Source: Octopus vulgaris (lineage: Eukaryota). Taken from it: DNA of 64,000 nucleotides. Shown here in pieces: positions 27,215-40,218 of this stretch. The notes under the pieces are model-generated. The model had not been told where the DNA came from and made no database searches. It was given only the letters and a program-made list of their open reading frames with translations. A program made the position numbers and the translations under genes. Position 1 is the first letter of the stretch; each line of letters opens with the position of its first letter. The DNA lies in contig OX597814.1 in NCBI GenBank assembly GCA_951406725.2, positions 56,730,001 through 56,794,000 of the forward strand, read 5' to 3'.

Positions 27215-27420
27215 TCATCATCATCATTATTTAACGTCTGTTATCCATGCTGGTATGAGTTGGACAGTTTGACCAGAGCTGGCAAGCTGGAGAGCTGCAC
27301 CAGACTTCAGGCTCATTTGACATGGTTTCTGCAGCTGGATGCCCTTTCTAACATCAGCCACTTTACAGAGTATTGAGCACTTCTACATGGTAGCTCATGA
27401 GAGCTTTTATGTGGCATTGT
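27215..27420 (-). mobile_element. Degenerate RTE-type tail / SINE copy
   Basis: (CAT)n, then ttaacgtc...gcagctggatgccctttctaac. Confidence 0.7.
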
Positions 27421-27425
27421 GCAGG

Positions 27426-27478
<53 letters not shown>

Positions 27479-27482
<4 letters not shown>

Positions 27483-29554
27483 ATAAAAAATTAGGGAATA
27501 AATCCAAACTTACAGGGAAAAATCAGATTTAGGATTAAATCCAATTTTATAGTATAAATATATTATATTATATTATAATAAATTAGAGATAAAACCACTA
27601 TTAGGCAAATCAAACAATGAAAAACATAAGCCAATACATAAAATTTATTTAATTTATATTATTTTAAATATATATCAAAAGTATTAAAAGTTTAATAAAA
27701 GATAAAGAGTAAAACACTACGATCGTTTCATGGCTGTACAATTCGAATAACAATAATTTCAATTCAATTAATAATTCGAGTTATGGTTACAGTCAATCTT
27801 CAGTTTAATTCAAATATCTAAAAAATAATCAGAAATATTTAAACTATTTTTAAGATGTAAATAATATAATAATTTTACTAATAATAAACTCTATTATCAA
27901 ACTAGAAACATAACTTAACAATTACGATTATATCAAAATCGACTATAATGTTAAATATTAATTTTAATTTATAAGGTAGGAAACCCACCAATAATCTAAT
28001 ATCGGTATTAATCTATATCTAATTACATAAATATTTAAAAATGACTATTATATATAAATTATCAATGAAAATATATAAATGTATATAAATATTATAATTA
28101 AGATCTACAATAATCTCTATAAATAAATATATATGCACATATAATAAAAACCTAATAAATTAATTTTTCATATTTAAAGGTGAAATAGCTAATTTCAAAA
28201 TACAAATAAGCAAATTTAAACGAACTTTCGGAAATCTTATGTAAAATACTTATAGAAATAATCAATTCGTAGTAATATAGTATCGAATAAATACTATAAA
28301 TACTATAAATATAATTATCAATGGGAATAACTAGCGAATATCAATTAAAAAAAAAACAATAACTAAGTTATGCTATTAAATTAGACATGGCCTGGACCAA
28401 TCTTTAGTCAAAAAATATATAAGTTTATCAAAGTGTATCTAATTTAATTATAAGAAATTTAAAACTACAATTAATACTATTAAAACATGTATATACAAAA
28501 GCCTAACTTTATACACCTCGTATACTTGTTATCAAACAACAAATCTATCGCTAAGTAGTATTTTACGAATAAACTTAAATTTAATATCTAATAATATAGA
28601 AAATTACGATAATAAGATCATTACATAAACAACGATATTTACATAAGGAAAATATTATTACACCAAAGACTTATACAATATTAAAATTTACAATTTGAAG
28701 ATCTTAAATATAAATAAATACTTATCTTAGCGAGGTTTAGTAATGAACTAATAGCATAACTTAGTTATTGTTTTTTTTTAAATTGATATTCGCTAGTTAT
28801 TCCCATTGATAATTATATTTATAGTATTTATAGTATTTATTCGATACTATATTACTACGAATTGATTATTTCTATAAGTATTTTACATAAGATTTCCGAA
28901 AGTTCGTTTAAATTTGTTTATTTGTATTTTGAAATTAGCTATTTCATCTTTAAATATGAAAAATTAATTTATTAGGTTTTTATTATATGTGCATATATAT
29001 TTATTTATAGAGATTATTTTAGATCTTAATTATAATATTTATATACATTTATATATTTTCATTGATAATTTATATATAATAGTCATTTTTAAATATTTAT
29101 GTAATTAGATATAGATTAATACCGATATTAGATTATTGGTGGGTTTCTTACCTTATAAATTAAAATTAATATTTAACATTATAGTCGATTTTGATATAAT
29201 CATAATTGTTAAGTTATGTTTCTAGTTTGATAATAGAGTTTATTATTAGTAAAATTATTATATTATTTATATCTTGAAAATATTGTTTAAATATTTCTGA
29301 TTATTTTTTAGATATTTCAATTAACCTGAAGATTGACTGTAACCATAACTCGAATTATTAATTGAATTGAAATTATTGTTTTATTCGAATTGTACAGCCA
29401 TGAAACGATCGTAGTGTTTTACTCTTTATCTTTTATTAAACTTTTAATACTTTTGATATATATTTAAAATAATATAAATTAAATAAATTTTATGTATTGG
29501 CTTATGTTTTTCATTGTTTGATTTGCCTAATAGTGGTTTTATCTCTAATTTATT

Positions 29555-29565
<11 letters not shown>
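27479..29565. mobile_element. Very AT-rich inverted-repeat element (arms ~27570-28378 and ~28749-29560, ~370-bp spacer) in (TA)n; probable non-autonomous Penelope-like derivative
   Basis: Arms are reverse complements with scattered mismatches, there is a hammerhead-like motif in each arm, and TA runs lie on both sides. Confidence 0.7.
29320..29420 (+). ncRNA. Type-I hammerhead ribozyme-like motif (mirror copy on - strand at 27711-27808)
   Basis: CTGAAGA (29326-29332), long stem II (tgactgta/tacagcca; tcgaat/attcga), GAAA (29402-29405), palindromic cgatcg, GTA triplet. Stem I is weak. Confidence 0.5.
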
Positions 29566-29594
<29 letters not shown>

Positions 29595-29596
<2 letters not shown>

Positions 29597-29974
29597 AGAT
29601 CAGAGACAGAAGATGGAATTCATGAATTTCAAATCCACTATTGTTGTAACTCATCTTGCATGTGTACTTCACAAGTGAGATGCTTCTCTTCAGTTGTCTT
29701 GCATCACAGGTGCAGATTGTGTCTCCTCAAGTGATTTTTTTTAAGCAAGTACATCACTCTTTCTTCTCTCCATCATGTCTGGGTGAAATGGAGAGTAGAA
29801 AGAGCAAGGCATTTGTTTAAAAAGTCATCTGAGGCAATGCAATCTGCACCTGTGATAAAAGACAACTGGTTATACAGCATCTCATTTGCAAGGTACAAAT
29901 GCAAGATTTGTCAAAATGATTATAGTGGATTTGAATATAAAATCTCGTAAGTTCCGTTTTCTGTGTCTGATCTA
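29595..29974. mobile_element. Old imperfect ~380-bp palindromic MITE-like element
   Basis: Nested pairings tagatcaga/tctgatcta, ttcaaatccacta/tagtggatttgaa, atcacaggtgcagattg/caatctgcacctgtgat, ctctttct..tctccat/atggagagtagaaagag. Confidence 0.75.
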
Positions 29975-30788
29975 TGTATATAAACCCCAAAGACACTAAG
30001 GAATTCCTGAAGTAAATCCAGTAGCATGGGCATCACTACTGATGCTGACATCAGGTTGCCAATAACTGTGGACAGGCTTTACACAGCATCATACAAAGTT
30101 TATACCCAAATATAAATACAATATATTAATATAATAGAAATATTAAAATTACTAAGTCTCTCTAAAGGAGCTAATCAGCGACAGCTTTAGTCTTATATTT
30201 ATAAGACTGCCATATTAGTATGGCGATAACTATTAATATATTAATATATTATATATATATTAGTATATGTTTGTACATCTTATTTTAATCTTTCTTATTG
30301 AAGTTTCCTTGTATCTGCTTATGAGTTCCTTATTGTTTGTTTAGTGAATGCTCTATTTTCTGTCCCTGGGGCTACTTTGTATATTTCGCTTCTGATCAGT
30401 TTCTTCTAGAATTCTATTGTACATTTTTAGATTTTTTAGAAGCCATGATATGAACTATAAGGAGTTAATGAAAGAGATTACCTTAAAACATTGTGTTTTC
30501 AGTTTACAGAAAAGCTGTTCCCTATATATACAAATATAAAACAGTATGATAAAACAGCAACAAAATGAATTCCGGAAGAGATAGATTGTAAAAAGATAAT
30601 CACAAAGCAGCACAAGCTATAGAAAATATAGAAGCTGCCAAACAAAAACTATATAGGCTTCATATGCAGATATGAGCAGACTTTAATTAAGTAGGTTAGA
30701 TTAGGACATTGCTGTATATATTATACATGTTTAAAAGAAAAGCTGTTCCTTTATATACATGTGTGTGTGCGTGCATACATGTACATGC

Positions 30789-32648
30789 AAATCTTTTCTG
30801 TTTTACGCACAGGTTTTGAAATTTTAAAATTAAGTGAAAATGTTAGATTTGGAACATTGATATAAATCTTCATGCTGAATCTGATTTTATTGTTCACATT
30901 TTCCAGAAAAATTTTAGGAAAATGTGGCAGAGGTTTAAAGTTTGATTACTTTTGTCCAATCAGAAAACAGGATTTGGAAGCTGTCCTTTTTGTATGTGAT
31001 GGCTGTCTATGACAACATTAGTCAACAGAAAATAAGTTTTAATGAATAAAGTGATGTGAAATGTTGGAACTGGCATGTAGACAATATAAAAAGGAAAAAT
31101 CCTCAATGAAATATTGTTTTTGGCAAAATATTACAAAAAGCAAACAAACTGAACATTGAATTATGAAAACACAAACAAATTTTTTTTGTATTGAAAATTC
31201 AAAAACAGAAGTTTGAAATACTTTAAGAGTTTGCCAAACAAATTAGAATTTTCATGCCTCCTGCACTACATAAACTTGCAGAGGTCTGAGTCATCCATGA
31301 AATGGTGGGTCCCTTAGTGTCAGTTATTATTTCATTTTACACAGTCCCATATGCTTTCCACTTGTATCATCTTTTGAGCTAATAAACTCAGTACTATGGT
31401 TCACTGTTCTTTGTCAAAAATTTTAACAACCAACTTTCAGGAATGTGTGAGTTGGCCCTCCACGAGTCACTGAAAATTGTGGTTCCTGGAAGAACTGACT
31501 GACATATGCATTCTTTTAGTGTCTTGCAATTCCAACATGGCACCTAAAGGAAAACATGTTTAGTCTTGCAATACGCTCCTCCAAAACTCACTGTTTAGGT
31601 AGCACCCTTCCTCAGTTGTGTTTATTTCATGAGAAGATTGTTTCATCTATCTCAAAAACCTTCTCAGGACTGCCAATCTGTACTGGGTTGTGGAGCAGGT
31701 CTTGCATACATATTTCATGAACATATCTGTTGTAATTAATGACTGTGTAGTGGCTAATCTCCAGTTCTTAACACAAAACAGGACTGAAGTCAGTTCCTTG
31801 ACTCATGAGTAAAAGAAAGCAGTACAGTCCTAAGAGGAAGGGTGCCACTTTCCAATCATATATCTTTTCTGACAGACATACACTTGTTGCATCCATTTCA
31901 GAAGTACCACCTGTAATGTTCTTGTGGATCATCTTGTTCATATAATGTCTATATGTGCATAGTTTTCTTTTAGGGATAATACCCTTCTCTAGCAAGTTAG
32001 AAACTGCATCCTTCTCAGTTTTTGGTTTTTCTGTCATACTCGAAAGGTGAAATGAGTTGGTTGCAGTCATATTTCTATTTAAGTTGAAAAGGTCTTGGAA
32101 AACACACAGTTTAAAATTATGAAAATGTGGTAGTGACATGACCAACTGAAATTATTGATTTTTTTTTTCTCAAAAGGACACTATTCAAAATTATGAAACT
32201 AAAGTAGTGACAAAATAGCAACCAAAAATATCCATTTGTTTCTCAAAAGAACACACGGTTCAAAATTATGAAAATATGGTAGTGATAAGACAGCAGCTGA
32301 AAATGTTTCTTTAAAAAAAAAGGTAAAAATGAAGTACAAGCATTTAGAAAATAGGCTCTTGTCAAAGAAAATAGATGGGTAAAGATAATACACATTCTTG
32401 GATTTTTAAGCAGACTATACATTGACTTGTTACTTTGGAATCAAGCACCAATATGTCTGTGACTTTTGATTGGCTAAGATTACCCAAAATTTTGAAACTT
32501 TAAAGTTAACTTTTTGTTTATTAATTTGTGACAAAAATGGATTTCATTTCCATAACTAGCATACAGAACTACATCAATACACCAAATTTGGAAACAACTG
32601 GATCAAAATTAAAAGAACTGAAAACTGTGAGTGAAACAGAAAAGATCC
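30789..32648 (-). mobile_element. Merlin (IS1016/IS1595-like) DNA transposon remnant
   Basis: TIR atcttttctgttt / aaacagaaaagatcc. Minus-strand motifs QIGSPEKVFEIDE and PGTTIFSDSWRAN, N-terminal LLEKGIIPKRKLC, subterminal tandem repeats at ~32090-32310. Confidence 0.75.
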
Positions 32649-32664
32649 TCCCTCCCATGTGTTT

Positions 32665-33865
32665 ATAAGCCCGTGGTCTCTACCAAAAGTAATGTGGGCA
32701 TAACTTCCTTGTTAACTGATTATAGGTCATTCACATGTTGTTAGAATAACTCTTTATGGATGGGATATTGTTTTCTTTTCTCAAGTGATACATTTGTTAT
32801 GTATGTAGAAACCAACTCTCTTTGAAGAGAGCAATCTTGTACCCATTTTTTTACAGCTCCTTTCACCTCATCTGTCAAACTAAATTGTCCTTGATGATTG
32901 TTCTTTATTAGATTGAAACATTTGAAGTCAGACAATGCTAGATCTGGGCTGTATGCTATTTGTAGAGCTACTGACCAGCCCAATTTACCAGTTGCCTCAT
33001 ATGTTACCCAAGATTTGTGTAGTCACATATCATGTTGAATGTGGATTGTTTTCAGATTATTGTTTGGTCTCCAATTTCGGTCACTAATCTGTGTAAGAGT
33101 CTTAATGTTTCACTGTACCACTGCATTTCACAAAATGAAATAGAACGACTCCCTTGTCTTCCTAGAAAGCAGTCACCATAAATTTCTGATTGCTAATTCC
33201 TGAGCTTCTTAGGCCTGGAAAAGCAGTGTTATGCCATCCCATGAACTGAGCCTTCCTTTCTAGATCATAAAGACATGCCCATGCCTCATCCCCTATTACC
33301 AATTCAGAAAAAAAAAGGGAAGACAAAGAAAACACTGGCGTCTAGCAGGTCAGAACAAATGTCCATCCTTCTCCCTCAAACTGGATGTTAACTGCTGAGG
33401 TACACACTTTGCATGCACTTTCCAATACCCACCCCCATCTTTCACATCTGTAATGTATTGTAACCACTGTACAGTTTTGCTGAAAGCTCATGGATTGTGG
33501 CTCATCTGTGTGAATCAGTTCAATTACTCACTGATGATTCATGTCAGTCATCACAGTTGATGGTCTCCCACTGCATGGTATGTTTTTAAAATTCATCATC
33601 CACATGTGCATAATACTTGTGTCAATACTGTCCTTTCTGTAAACAATCTGAAACATTTGTTATAGACAACCTGTACCTGTTCTTTGTGAAGTACTCATTG
33701 ATTCCTTATCGATTCTTCTTTGAAGCCCCTTATATACTTGAAGAAGAACAGGATGAAGAGTTACTGTAGAAGAGTTATTCTACTAACTTGTGCAATTTGA
33801 CTGACCTAGCCCAGTTAATAGAAAAATTAAGCCCTCTTTTGCATTACTTTTGAGATAACACTTAT
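32665..33865 (-). mobile_element. Mariner-family transposon remnant (DD34D-type)
   Basis: YSPDLALSDF motif in ORF 32741-32983; TIR remnants caaaagtaatg / gcattacttttgag. Confidence 0.7.
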
Positions 33866-34003
33866 GTGTGTGTGTACACACACATATTTAGAACAAATAG
33901 TGAGGGATTATCGATCCAGTTGTAAGCCAAAATTGCTCCAATAAAGGAAAAATATGTATTGACCATTATTTTAAACTTGTTTTTGATATATATATATATA
34001 TAT

Positions 34004-34172
34004 CACCCACTACACTCTCGGAGTGGTTGGCGTTAGGAAGGGCATCCAGCTGTAGAAACACTGCCACATCTGACTGGCCTGGTGCAGCCTTCGGGCTTCC
34101 CAGACCCCAGTTGAACCGTCCAACCCATGCTAGCATGGAAAGCGGACGTTAAACGATGATGATGATGATGAT
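34004..34172 (+). mobile_element. RTE-type tail / SINE copy inserted in (TA)n
   Basis: Near-identical to 6535-6703. Confidence 0.85.
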
Positions 34173-34205
34173 ATATATATATGTGTGTGTGTGTGTTTGT
34201 GTGTA

Positions 34206-34256
<51 letters not shown>

Positions 34257-34705
34257 TGAGTGTTTGTAGATACAGGGCATTTGGGATGAATTTGACAGTT
34301 TGCATAAATGGTAAAGAAAGCATCTCAGCCAAAAATAAAGGTGAAAGAATAAAAAAAAATATCAACTAGATTATGGCTGGGAGATTTCAGTTAACTCATG
34401 TTGTGGAAAACTGAATTGAACATGCCGAACTATTTCCAGTTGAGTCTAGAATATGTCTATACCTGTGTACATGTGTTGACTATGCATTTGTGTATATATA
34501 ATGTCAGCTTTACCTGGCATTGGAGCTTGACAAAGCCCTGTAGCTTCCTGTCCAACTCATGCCAGCATGAAAAAATGGATGTTACATGATAATGATTAAG
34601 TATGTGTTTGTGTGTGTGCGTGCATGTATATATGTAGATATGTTAGTGTATGTATGTATTTGTGCATGTATAGATTATTTGAAGGGTGTTTGGATTTTAT
34701 ATATT

Positions 34706-34832
34706 CTTGAAAAGGAAGTAGTCAGGGTTTAGTGCTTTTATCTCTTTGAAGAATTCACTATAATGAATCCCTCAAAGGGACAAAAGCACTAAATAAATAG
34801 TTTCTATCCAAATCCTGACTACTTCCATGTTC
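34706..34832. repeat. ~125-bp imperfect palindrome (MITE-like)
   Basis: ggaagtagtcagg/cctgactacttcc, tttagtgctttt/aaaagcactaaa, attca/tgaat. Confidence 0.65.
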
Positions 34833-35169
34833 TAAATGTGTGTGTGTGTGTGTTTGTTTATACAGGGTGCCGTGGGTGAATTGTAGCTATTTTATATTTT
34901 TAATTTTTTGCATGTGCATTGTTTGTTTTGATTCTGTCAATTACACTGTATATATAGTAGGGTCAGTTGGGCACCTTCTGTGAGAAAAACAGTACCACAA
35001 TGCAATATGTATTTATGTTTATGAATTTGTGTTGCAAGATTCCTTATGTGAAGTCATGTGTTGTAACAGATATTGTTGTATATCAGGGTCGTCATTTTTT
35101 TTTTGTCAAATAAACACACACACTATAAATTCATTCTTCACTCATTGTTCTTATTCTAACTCATGTCCA

Positions 35170-35345
35170 TTGTCCGGAAATCTTTCGCATGCATCTGTGA
35201 CCTCCTCAACAACACTTTCCGTCTTCGTGTGTGCTCTTGCTCTGCTTATTCCATTCTGTTCTTCTGTGATGTGTATCCTTATATGCGCGTGTGTGTATGT
35301 GTCATTGTTCTTTGTAACACTATGACCCTCCCCTTCAGCCACGGC
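35170..35345 (-). repeat. Unclassified dispersed repeat, homologous to 45050-45232 in opposite orientation
   Basis: Both give the pseudo-peptide HAHIRI...GIS(R/K)ARA.TKTES(V/I)VEEVTDA. Confidence 0.7.
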
Positions 35346-36179
35346 CCCTTTGCCGTTGCTGCTGCCCTTGAACCCAACCTTTTGTACCGTTCCTGTAACT
35401 CACTGTGTTTGTGTGTTCACCTACGCTGCTGCCATCATGATAGTTGTTGTTGTTGCCAGTCGTGTTATTGATATTGTTGTGGCAGTGTATGAAGTTACTG
35501 CATCTGTTTGTGTGTGTGTATATGGGTTTGCATCATATGTTGTTCATATCCATGCCCCCTATACATTTTTTTTTCATCTGTAATGTTTTTTTATATTCAT
35601 TATAGGTATGTTCATATATCTGTTTTGTGTGAATATTACGCTGTTTGTATGTGTTTTTTTCTCCCTTCAGTCTTTAGTCGGCATCTTGTGAGGTGTGGTG
35701 TTGGGTGTTATTCTTCCATTCATGGTTTCTGTTTAGGCTCACTCTGTCTATTGCTGTGTGTGTGGCCTCTGTGATCTGTCTAAGTGTCATGTCAGTTCTA
35801 TGTAGTGATAATAATTTAACCTCTATGCTATTGACTGAGCCTCTACATTCTGCATATGTGTGTGTGTGTGTATATATATACATATACATACATGTGTGTA
35901 TATGTATATATGTGTATATATGTATATATGTGTGTATGTATATATGTATATGTGTTCAAGGAGATGACTTTATATCTAGCATGGGTCGCCTACGTGCAGG
36001 TCGTTCACTACATGCTTCCAACCCGTCAGGTCTGCATGCTTCACCACCTTCCCATCGCCGCAGGACTTCCGAATAAAAAAAAAATACATATATATATATA
36101 CTAAAAATGAAGAAAATATATACTAAAAATAAGATAGATATATATAGGAAAAAAAAAAAAGAAAAGGTCGGCAATGCCT

Positions 36180-37930
36180 GTGCAGAGTTTTAGGTCCAAT
36201 AAGGCTTGCACAACACCTCATAGACCTTCTCCACTCTATTGACATTATCCAGAGACAAGCCGGAGCAAGATGTCTGGTGCCAATATGAATCGCAGGCTCA
36301 GGGATGTGGGAGCGCCGTGATCTCTAGCACAAACCAAAGATCCCCAAAATGTTCAATGCCATTCCCTGCATATCAGAGTGACCTTCTCCTAGAGACGTGC
36401 TTTAACAAAAGCTGAGGGGCGCCTCACTCCCAGTGGTCTTTCAGCACGCCGGACACCACCCCGGAATTTCTATGTACCCATGCTAACATTTATTGGATGG
36501 CCATTGACTCTCAAGAGGTCCTCCGCCCTTTGACGGGTTTTGTTTTTCATCCGCAGGGTCTCCAATTTGCTGGTTTAGTCGCCGACGACCCGACCATGCA
36601 ACAGGTTGTATTGGGTTACATGTTACCAGTAGCACTCGAAGGTGACCTGACATAACAGCAAGAAGCTTTACCATCTTATGAAGAGAGCTTATGGACCTAA
36701 GGGCTCCACATCAGCTCCTTTGCTTTCCAAGGAGTCTTCTACTCTGTTTACTAAATCAACAGAAATCACAGGATGCTGGATCGAACACTTCTCTGAACTC
36801 TTAAACCATGAGTCAGTTGTGGATGAAACAGTGATTGATACTATGAAACAAAGACCTATCATTGACTCCTTAGACTCCTCGCCATCAATAGATGAAGTAA
36901 TGACATCAATAAGTAAATTGAATCTTGGTAGGGCACCTGGAAAGGATGGAATTTGTGCTGAGGTCTTGCGATTTGGTGGTAATTGCATCACACAGTCCAT
37001 TCATGAACTTATTAGTGCAGTCTGGAGGGATGGTGCAATCCCTAAGGACTGGAAGGATGCAATTATTCTTCCTCTATATAAAGGAAAAGGAGCCAGAACA
37101 ATGTGTGGTAACTACAGAGGTATTGCTCTACTATCAGCTGCTGGCAAGGTTCTGGCAAATATTCTTCTTACCCGTCTGAATGGGTGTCTTGTAAATGATG
37201 TCCTATCTGAATCTCAATGTGGCTTCCGATCTGGTAGAGGGACAACGAATATGATTTTCACAGCAAGACAGATGCAGGAGAAGTGCTATGAGCAGAATAT
37301 GGATCTTGTCCAGGTATTCATTGATTTAACTAAGGCCTTTGATACTGTAAATAGGGCCTTTCTATGGAAAATACTTGGCAAACTTGGATGTCCGGATCAC
37401 TTTGTATCTATAATTAAATCATTTCATGATGGGATGGAGGCTTGGGTCAATGTTGGTAGTGCCACGGCGGGACCCATTCCTGTAAAGAATGGTGTTAAGC
37501 AGGGTGACATCCTTGCCCCAACTCTCTTTTCTTTGTACTTTGCTGCTACTTTTGCTCATGCTTTTGCTAAGGTTAGCTCTCTGGGAATATATGTCAGATA
37601 TCGATCTTCTGGCCGCCTTTTTAATCTTTGCTGATTTGCTGCCAATTCAAAGGTTTCCCAGTCTATTATTCGTGACCTCCTTTATGCAGATGACTGTGAC
37701 TTAGTCACTCATACAGTGGATGACATGCAAATACTCATGAATTGCATTTCTGCTTCTTGCAGGGCATTTGGACTCAGCATTAGCCTGGACAAGACTGTTG
37801 TAATATTCCAGCCTGCACCAGGAAATCCATATATAGAACCAGCTATCTTGGTTGAAGGAACAATTCTGAAGGTAATAGACAAGTTTGTCTACCTGGGCAG
37901 CACACTCAGCCGTTCTTGCTCCCTGGATGA
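36180..37930 (+). mobile_element. RTE-clade LINE remnant with RT (ORF 36678-37634, frameshifted continuation to ~37930)
   Basis: RAPGKDGI, NYRGIALL, QCGFRSGRGTTNMIF, FIDLTKAFDTV, GVKQGDILAPTLF, GRLFNL, then LLYADD (~37677-37694) in another frame and FVYLGS. No endonuclease domain seen upstream. Confidence 0.92.
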
Positions 37931-39852
37931 GGGAGTATCTGCTGTGAAGTTGGTTCATCTGGGATACCTGACAAGAAGAGATCCGGTTTCATTTTAAAGA
38001 CATCCGCATCTACACCATGCAGGTCCCTCAGGTTCTCCGGGAGGATATTGAAGAGCTGTGGGCCTCTGAAGCCCAGGCTATCACAGTATCTTGTCCTACA
38101 TCTTGATGGCAAATTTGGAGTCCTTGGTACCACGCAGTGGCGCCCGGTTCTGGCATTTGTGTGACTCTCGATGCCAAAGTTTGGGACAAGTCCTTCCAGG
38201 ATCTTGCAGATATATATTATGGCACATCTTTCTCGCCTACGCTCCAAGGAATAGAGTTTTAATCTCTTGAGTCTTTCCCAGTAGCTTATATGCTGCACAG
38301 AGGCTATCTTCTTCGTGTAGCTTCGTTGGATCGCCACAAGTTCTGTGATCAACTTGACACTGGATGGTGACCATAGCTGAGAGCAATAGTCAAAGTGGAT
38401 TAGGACAAGTGTCTTCCAGAGGACCATCATGGTTTCTTGTTCTCTTGTTCTAAAGGTTCTAAGAATCCATCCGGCCAGCCATCTACATTTCATTGCCAGT
38501 TTAGCAACATGTACATGAAAGGTTGCGTCATCACTCATGTGAATACCCAGGTCACACACTGATTGTGCCTCTGGGATTGCAATCCCTCCGGGTCCAGTGT
38601 ATTCATTGGGTATTGCATTCAGTTTTGCATGCTGATAGCATAAAGCTTGAAACTTTTCAGCATTGAACTGCATGCTATTCTTTTCAGCCCACTTGTATAT
38701 TTTGTCCAGCTCACATTGCAGGTGCTTAGTGTCTTCAGGGTTCTGTGTTGCCTGTGAAACTTTTGTATCATCTGCATAACTTGTGATCGTGGCTCTCTGC
38801 GTGGCTGAGGACATGTCTGAGAGGGCCATTATGAACAGTAGTGGTCCCAAAACAGTGCCCTGCGGAACACCGCTCACTATTTGCGTGTTAATGGAAGTGG
38901 CCCCATTGGCTACTACCACCTGACTTCTATCCTTCAGAAAGTCATGAAGCCAGTCTCCCAATTTTCCAACTATGCCAAGATCACGCAGTTTGTGACATAT
39001 CATTCCATGATCAACTTTATCAAAGGCCTTTGCAAAGTCGAGATATATCAATTCCACATTTGAGTGGTTGAGCAGTCGTTTCAGCACCCAGTCATAGTGT
39101 TGTAGGAGCTGAGTTAAGCAGCTTCTTCCTGGTTGGAAACCATGTTGGGTGTCAGGCAGCAAGTCATTTTCTTCAAGGAAGGTGATTAGTTTCCTTCTGA
39201 CTATTCGTTCCATGACCTTGCTGATGTGTGAGGTCAGAGAGATAGGTCTGTAGTTCTTGGCCTCCGCTCTGCTACCTCGTTTATGAATAGGGCATATTTT
39301 ACCTTCCTTCAGTTTTCTTGGAAGTTTGCCAGTTGCAAGGAAGCTCTGAAAGAGAGAGACTGCAGTGGTCTTGCTAGGACTCTCTTACATACTTTTAGAA
39401 GGATTGCCGGGAATCCATCGGGGCCAGTAGCTGAGTTTGTTTTCATCTCATCTATAGCCTTTATTACATCGTCTTCCTTTATATTGATGTAATCAATCAT
39501 CGCTGCCTCTGACCCCATATCTGCAGTGGTGAAGAAGTCAGTTGGATTGCTGATTTGGAAATGCCCAAGGGGTGGGGTGAAAACACTCTTGAATTGCTCA
39601 TTTAGTATTTCACTTACCCTCATTGGATTTCCTGTGAGTGTGCCATCCCTTTCAAGGAGTGGCCCTATCCTACAGTGCACCATAGCTGTTTCTTTGGCAT
39701 ACCTGTAGAAAGCTCTGGGGTTAGATTTTATGTTCTCTATAGCCCAGGCTTCTTTATCTGCTCTTTCCTTTTCATGGGAGAGTTGCAGACATTTTTCAAT
39801 TTCAAACAGTTTCATTTTCAGACGGGACTTTTCATTGCTTTCAATTTGTTTG
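37931..39852 (-). mobile_element. CR1/L2-group LINE RT remnant (ORF 37906-39213 plus frameshifted upstream part)
   Basis: [66 protein letters not shown]. Confidence 0.92.
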
Positions 39853-39997
39853 TATATATATATACATGCATACATATATACATGTATGCATGTATATATG
39901 TATGCATGTATATATATATGCATGTATATATGTATATATATGTATATGTATATATGTATATATGTATATATATGTATATATATATATATATATATGC

Positions 39998-40037
<40 letters not shown>

Positions 40038-40039
40038 GC

Positions 40040-40071
<32 letters not shown>

Positions 40072-40073
40072 GC

Positions 40074-40105
<32 letters not shown>

Positions 40106-40120
40106 GCATATATGTATATG

Positions 40121-40153
<33 letters not shown>

Positions 40154-40154
40154 G

Positions 40155-40218
<64 letters not shown>

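Noticed and set aside
27479-29565. Mitochondrial insertion (NUMT) suggested by extreme AT content
   Set aside because: No mitochondrial tRNA, rRNA or protein motifs recognised; the inverted arms and TA flanks fit a transposon derivative.
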